64,000 bases of DNA from Macrostomum lignano (Eukaryota): positions 62,001-126,000 of the forward strand of contig NIVC01001378.1 of NCBI GenBank assembly GCA_002269645.1, written 5' to 3'. The notes under the pieces were generated by a model. It saw nothing but the letters and a program-made list of their open reading frames with translations, had not been told where the DNA came from and ran no database searches. Shown piece after piece: positions 56,781 through 64,000 of the stretch. The translations under genes and the position numbers were made by a program. Position 1 is the first letter of the stretch; every line of letters starts with the position of its first letter.

Positions 56781-57566
56781 TTAAAGATAATTACGAGTAC
56801 CAAGCCAACCATAAAAGAAGCGCCCTGTCGAACATAAATGACTCACTGAGAATTGTCAAGGCTGGTAGGGGAAATTGCTTTGATGTCAAGACTCATGGGA
56901 GAATTTCTGAGATGATGCGATGACGTGATTCTAGGGAGAATTGCTGTGGTTTTAAAGTTCATTTGTGAAATTGATGTGGCAATCGCTAAGATTTCAAGGC
57001 TCATGGAGGTATCTGAAATATACTGTGACTCAAGGGTCATGGGGAATTGCTGTGATTGCAAGGCATACTGGGAGATTTCAGAAATTTTGCGGCTCATATA
57101 GGAGTTGCTGAGACAAGAAGTATTATGTCTCATTTGGAGAATTTCTGAGATGTTAAAGCTCACGGGGATCACTGAAATGCTTGGGCTGTTTCTCTTGGGG
57201 GGATTGTTGAGATGTTAAGGCGTCTAAGATCTCAGGGGGGGGTGGCTGAGGTGTCAAAGATTCATAAAGGAATGCTGAAATTCTTGGGCTGAGAAAGAGA
57301 TCATTAGATGTCAAAGTTCATCAGTTGGCTGATTGTGAAAAGGCTGTGGCTAAGCAGGGTTAGGGTTCAACCAAGAGACTCATGTGGAATTGCCAAGATA
57401 TCAAAGGGTTATCCGCTAAATTTTCAGGCTCATGAAGGAATTTTTAAGATTCCAAAAGCTGCTGATATGGGAATTGCTGAAGTTTTTGGGCTGAGGGGAT
57501 TGCTGAAATGCTGTGACTAGTCCAGCAAGTTTGGAAAGTTTTTATTATGGACTAATAAGCCAAGTA

Positions 57567-58150
57567 CTTGATAAACCAAGGATTATTGCACTTGATAAGC
57601 CAAGGATTATTGCACTTGATAAGCCAAGGATTATTGCACTTGATAAACCAAGGATTATTGCACTTGATAAACCAAGGATTATTGCACTTGATAAACCAAG
57701 GATTATTGCACTTGATAAACCAAGGATTATTGCACTTGATAAACCAAGGATTATTGCACTTGATAAACCAAGGATTATTGCACTTGATAAACCAAGGATT
57801 ATTTCACTTGATAAACCAAGGATTATTGCACTTGATAAACCAAGGATTATTGCACTTGATAAACCAAGGATTATTGCACTTGATAAACCAAGGATTATTG
57901 CACTTGATAAACCAAGGATTATTGCACTTGATAAACCAAGGATATTGCACTTGATAAACCAAGGATTACTGCACTTGATAAGCCAAGGATTATTGCACTT
58001 GATAAGCCAAGGATTATTGCACTTGATAAACCAAGGATTATTGCACTTGATAAACCAAGGATTATTGCACTTGATAAACCAAAGATTATTGCACTTGATA
58101 AGCCAAGGATTATTGCACTTGATAAGCCAAGGATTATCGCACTAGCTTAG
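57567..58150. repeat. 24-bp minisatellite
   Basis: Unit CCAAGGATTATTGCACTTGATAAA, about 24 copies. Confidence 0.96.
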
Positions 58151-58377
58151 AAAGGGAATATTGCACTAGCTGAGACATCGATTTTTGCACTTGATGAGTA
58201 AAGTATTATTGCACTAGATGAGAAGAGGATTATTGCACTGGCTGAGACATGGATTATTCCACTACCTGAAAAAGCCATTATTGCATTAGCGGAGAAAATA
58301 TTTGCACTAGCTACTTGCTGTCTGGTGAATGCTTGCTATTGTATTTGGGGGGTGCTTACTATCGGGGGGGGGTGCTT

Positions 58378-58990
<613 letters not shown>

Positions 58991-60817
58991 ATGTTTTCTA
59001 TTTAGGGAGAATGTCTGTTATCTTTGTGAAAGCCTTATTTTTTTGTCTTTGTTAATTTTAGAAAAAAGAGATTCATAGCAAACATCTTTGTCCGTGACAA
59101 TTTTACTTGAATAAAGTGATTTTTAAAACTGAAGAAGGAATTTGTTTTTGAAAAAAATGTGACCTTTAATTTTTTCTATGAATAATTTTTGCTCCGTGCT
59201 TACTGGGCGCCCCGAAAGGGGGCACTAGATTGCTAGTCCATTAACTATAAGCGCAGCTGCTCCATTCTTTTACAATTCAAGACGCAATTAAGTTTATGCT
59301 TCAGAAATAGGTTGGCTTTTCGACTGAAGCTTCAACTTAGGATTGCAGCTTTTAAGAAGTTTGCTAGCTACTTGGCTTATAGTTTGCTACTTGGTTTGGT
59401 TTGCTACTTTCAGTTTTAGTTCTACAAGAATCATATTTAATCCTATAATATTTAGGGACTATTAAGAATAGAATTTAGGTTAGGTCAGGTTAGGAAATTA
59501 GGAAATTGCAGTGCTATCAGAGTGCGGTGGAGTGTAGCAGTTGTGGACGGCTGCGCTCTTACAAAAAGCCACAAGTGCTTGATGACGGCATTGTAAAGAG
59601 CGATTTCAGGCCGCCAAAAAAGTATGTTTCCACTTTAAAGGGTTTTTAGGTCTTGTCATGTGGGGTGGGATTAAACTACATCAAATACTAAGATATTTCA
59701 GATGACACACGAGCAGGAAGGTCCGAGGGAATCGGCCAGAATTGCGCGTCTGGGACCGGCGCATGCACTGCCCAGCGGTTAAAACCTTTTGAAGGGGTGA
59801 CGTGGGTGGGAATAATGTTTAAGGATCTTGGACCTAACTAGGCTAACTATGTATAAGCTAGGATATAATAGTAAATCATTAGTAGCATTAAAATAGCATT
59901 AGTCATTAGTTAGACGATAGTGACTCAGACTTATCCAATACGCTTAATGCTTGCTCTAATATACTCATATCATATATGTTAAGAAACCACTAAATATATA
60001 TTTTAAGTTACCGCATCATCGGATCGGCTATTCAAAATCCAATCCTTTAATGTGTTTGTCTTAATAAAGATGATGAGCAGCGGATGGGTGAGAGAGATAA
60101 AAATTATTAATCATTTGTAGGTCGCCGACTAGAAACTTATAATCTTACGTCTTGTGGTCTCGGTCTCGCGAATAGAGGCTTCAATAGCTTCAAAATTAGA
60201 TTGTTCTTTTGATGTACTTTGAGCTGCACAAAACATTTTTGGGTTTACATGTACTATACAAAAAATGTATATCGACGTACTGCAAGACTTAAAACGGCAA
60301 CTTTCCTTTTTTGGATTTCAAATACAATAGCTAAAATAGTTGAGAGCTTTACTGTAACTAAACATACGGGTGTTTTTAGCTAGAAAAATGCGTAAACAAT
60401 GGCCTGACACACGGAAAGACAAAATAACAAGATTTTTATAAAGACTTTTTTAGCGAAACAAAAAATCTGGTGAATATATGCTGTCGGTTTGAACAAAAAA
60501 TTGCGCCAAATAGTTTTAATTTTGTTTGAATGGCACTGCAGCGCCTCTTGCGTCCGATTTATTTTGGACTTTTAACAGAAAATTAAGCATTTAAGTAGCC
60601 AGTGACGCTGATTGTGGAGAGCAGAAGATTTGGATGGCAAAAACAGGCCGCGATAGAAGCATTTGTGAAGTTAGTGCAATGCCACAGGAGTTGTTGTTAA
60701 TTACTTAAAAGCATGGAAATGAACAGCAGAATGTTCAATGCCTGACAGCAGGGCAACTCACAAGCAGTGCTCCTCATTAGCTATAGGATATTCACTGGCT
60801 GCACAATGCTCGCGGCG

Positions 60818-61129
60818 TCACTTCCCGTCCTTCGATTTGCCGTCCTTGCCTTCCTTTGCGGGCTTCGGCGACTTGGACTTTCCCGCGTCTTTTGCGCTCC
60901 GCTTCGGCCCGGGCTGCGGCTTGCCGCACTTGCAAGACTTGAAGGGTGACGCAAAGCAGTTCACGCAGTAATCGTCGTCGTTGATACCCGGCGCAACGTC
61001 CTTGCTGGCGTCATTGAGAAAAATCTTGGGATCTAGCGACTGCTTTGGCACGTAGCCCGCCGACGTCTCCTTCTTGTCGTCGTCGTCGTCCATGAATTCA
61101 TTCGGGAACTTCTTCTTGGAGCCGGCCAT
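60818..61129 (-). CDS. Small Lys/Asp-rich protein (103 aa) with C-x2-C-x7-C-x-C motif, unknown function
   Basis: Clean ATG (TCAAATGG) to TGA in a GC-rich, coding-like island within AT-rich flanks; not repeat-derived. Confidence 0.6.
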   Translation of the reverse strand: MAGSKKKFPNEFMDDDDDKKETSAGYVPKQSLDPKIFLNDASKDVAPGINDDDYCVNCFASPFKSCKCGKPQPGPKRSAKDAGKSKSPKPAKEGKDGKSKDGK

Positions 61130-61640
61130 TTGACAAAATGGTAAGTTGGTTTTTAAACTTCTTTTGTCGTTTGAACGGAAGTGGCGCTCCTTGCGCTCGT
61201 TATGGTTTTTACCGCGTCGCGATTAGCACCTAGTCGACAAAGTGAGTTTTTAATAAGCTTACTAAGGCAAGGCTGTTGTTTGGCAGTGACAGTTCGAGGC
61301 AAGATCGGATTCCTTGCACGGCTCTGTGACAGCCTTGGACATAGACAAAACTGAGACCCCTACCGATGGGCGCTGCTTTTGAGCTTTGCGACTGACAGCT
61401 TAACAATAAGAATTTAATAAGTACAAAGCATGCTTTATTAAAATTATCATAAAATTATCATAAGTAGAACTGATCCATGAAGTAAATTTACAAATGTTTA
61501 CACGCATTAAACTTGAAACATCTGGGATCCTGCAAACGTTAATTTTATAAAATCTCGTACTATCTAGTCACTGTTCAAAATGTGTTCAATCGAAGTCGGG
61601 TGTTTAATAAGTAATGAACAGTACGAGCGTACTTTCATTC

Positions 61641-64000
61641 CTACTCTGAACGAACCCCTTTGCTCCGAGTCGACCTGTGAGACCGACTGTCGTGCAGGCT
61701 GTTCAGCTTGTAACTGTGCACCCAGATCTCGGAGAGGCACACAGTCGAGTGAAACCTGTAGAATATGATCAAGGGCTGAAAGATTAGCTTTATGATGCTC
61801 CACGGCATGACGCCAAAGTAGTAGTTCAAAAAGTCCTGGGCAACATCGCGTTGAACTTCGAACACGGACTCGATCCACATGGCCAAGTTGGCAAGTAGCA
61901 GAGCCGCTGTGATGCCTCGACCGGGTTTCTCCATTTTCTGGGCTAATTCAATTATAATTTTCCGCTGAATCGCCTGCATAATGAACAAAGTCTGAGCAAC
62001 CGATTCTGTCAGATCAGCCAAAGCTTTCAATCCAGTTAACTGAGTAATTTGAGCTTGTCGCCTCCTGCCCCACTGACAGCCTGTGTGTTGATCGTTCGGT
62101 GACGTCATCATGCAAGCCCCGACAGAGATAGACACGAACAAGCTGTAACAGACGATGCCAGCCAGGCCGACAAACAATAAATTGACGTCGAACGCTTCGT
62201 GACGCTCGAGTTTGGACAGTTTTAATTTTCGGATAGCATTGACAGCTCCAAATAGAGCTATTATTGTTGTGCAGACTAACACGACGCATTCAATAATCAG
62301 CATGGCGATAACGTGCAGATCTCTGTACTCACTATTGGCTTGCTGACGCGCTATCAGCAAGCTGACCATCGGTACCAGGACGCAGATTGTGACAATTAGG
62401 CCGCCGAATAGGCCTCGGTGCGACTTGTGACAAGTTGTGCTTCGAGGCAGCGCAGTCGCTTCACTGACAGGAGTCGACTTCTTTGCCGCCTCCGTGTTGC
62501 CGACATTTGTGAAGAATTTGTAACAAATGGCTGCGCAAATCAAGCCGTACTCCACTGCACATGGGTACAGGTAGGGTCCGAGCTGGGCCGATGGAGAGTT
62601 TTTGTCGATTTTGAATCGGCCAGTGCAAGACGAATTTCGGGCGGTGCCGTTGCCTGAATAAGGATTTTATTGCAATACATTTGGGCGCTAGTCAGTCGAG
62701 TAAGAACAAGTATGACTAATATTTTAAACCGTTTTACCAACATATCTGGACTAATGGGGAAGCCCAGGCCCCAGAGTAGCTCACCGCTGCTATCACAGCA
62801 GGGTGAACTCTGGAACAAATCGCTTACTTTGCTGTTTGTTTGTTCCCTGTGGCCGCTCTAACCTCGTACTAGTTACGTATACTCACCAAGGCTGCATCAA
62901 GGACTGCTCAAGTAGAAGGACGAAAACTGCCTTTCTTAGTAAATGTTTAGGAGGCTGGTTTTCGCTGAAAAATACACTACGGAGATCGAAAGTTTCCATT
63001 TTTCAGCACAAAAATTGTTATTGATTTCGATAGGAATATTAGGAAGCAGATCCAGTGTTCATCTTTTGATATGTTTTGCCTTTTTTATAGCTCTATTGAT
63101 ATGTATGAAGCTTTTTGTTCAGAAAATTGGGACTCTATGTTAATTTTTATTCTACGTACAATTGTACATGCTCTGTGCCTAAAAAACCATTAAATGGCAC
63201 GGCTCATTGGTTTTGTGAATCTATTTTGTCATTATTTGCTGACTGTGTAACAGTATGTGTAACACAGTTGATAAAATAGATCCATAAAACAAAAAATTCG
63301 AGCTGTGCCATGCATTTTATGATTTTTAGGTACATGAAATGTACGTGGAATAAAAAATTAACATAGAATTCTGATTTTCTAAACGAAAAGCTCTATTAAT
63401 ATCATTATCTAAGAAACGTTGTTTACCATCATTTAACTTGAGTAGTCCTTCGGCCAACTCTGATTAACTTTAATTACTCACTGAATAGCTAACAAACTAA
63501 ACAGTAATTATAAGATTTCTACTCACTTTGTGTCGCGGTTGCATTTGTCAATACCGCATTGATTAACTGGGGGTCTTGAATATTAAAAACGTTGCTAATA
63601 TTCAGCAGCTCATTTGCTACGTCCAAACTTTGTCCGTAGCTTGGCGTTGTAAAATTAGCTGCAGCATTAGGGACCGTTCTGTCCAGCTTCTTCCCAGTAG
63701 AATGCATCAATCCGGTCTTGATCTCGTAGACTACCGTCTTAATCCAAATGCACAGATTCGCAACGGCCAGGTGAATTAGAAAGAATCGAATCAACGACTT
63801 CTGAGTATTTATTGTCACCTGGTTAATGCGAGTTCAAGTTTGATATTTATGAATACCACACGAGCATAGAGAGTAAAGATCCCATAAAGAACTCCATTAC
63901 CTTGTGATGCTTGAACAGGAAATAGGTCTGCAGTACGATGAACAGCAGATCAATAATGTGTTTGGGCAGAAACCAGGGGCTCAAACAGAGTTTGCTGTCG
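61641..64000 (-). CDS. otop: Otopetrin-family proton channel, 3' part (5' end outside window)
   Basis: Exons 63901->64000, 63527-63818 and 61641-62653 with matching phases (0,1). Motifs LQTYFLF, RFFLIHLAVANLCIW, YLYPCAVEYGLI, KPGRGITAALLLANLAMW and FYRFHSTVCLSEIW. Confidence 0.92.
62898..63451. mobile_element. P-like foldback element (copy 3), right arm internally deleted, in otopetrin intron
   Basis: Starts CAAGGACTGCTCAAGTAGAAG, is colinear with 45056-45764, and ends CTTGAGTAGTCCTT; TSD not preserved. Confidence 0.75.

Overview
Eukaryotic, intron-containing, very repeat-rich DNA. The gene set, polyQ style and minisatellite density suggest an invertebrate, possibly a flatworm such as Macrostomum (inference only). 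Host genes supported by spliced models or motifs are: a 5-exon Gln-rich protein (minus, 3119-10474), a rolling-stone-like membrane protein, an intronless AANAT-like GNAT, a pancreatic-type lipase, a 103-aa Lys-rich orphan, the 3' part of an otopetrin, and tRNA-Asp(GTC). Mobile DNA includes an uninterrupted Chapaev-type transposase running off the left edge (absent from the ORF track) and a full-length LOA/I-group LINE with a 13-bp TSD. There are also mariner elements, P-like and hAT MITEs, a SINE, RTE and Merlin fragments, and a 4.7-kb Helitron-like element packed with minisatellites. The most unusual structure is a 14.2-kb segment (30706-44881) bounded by ~730-bp terminal inverted repeats, a 6-bp GATTAT TSD and one AGTAGT terminus. 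These are Polinton/Maverick-like ends, but no Polinton genes are visible. The segment instead carries a decayed KDM3 demethylase exon, other elements and satellites, and a small ORF inside the TIR.
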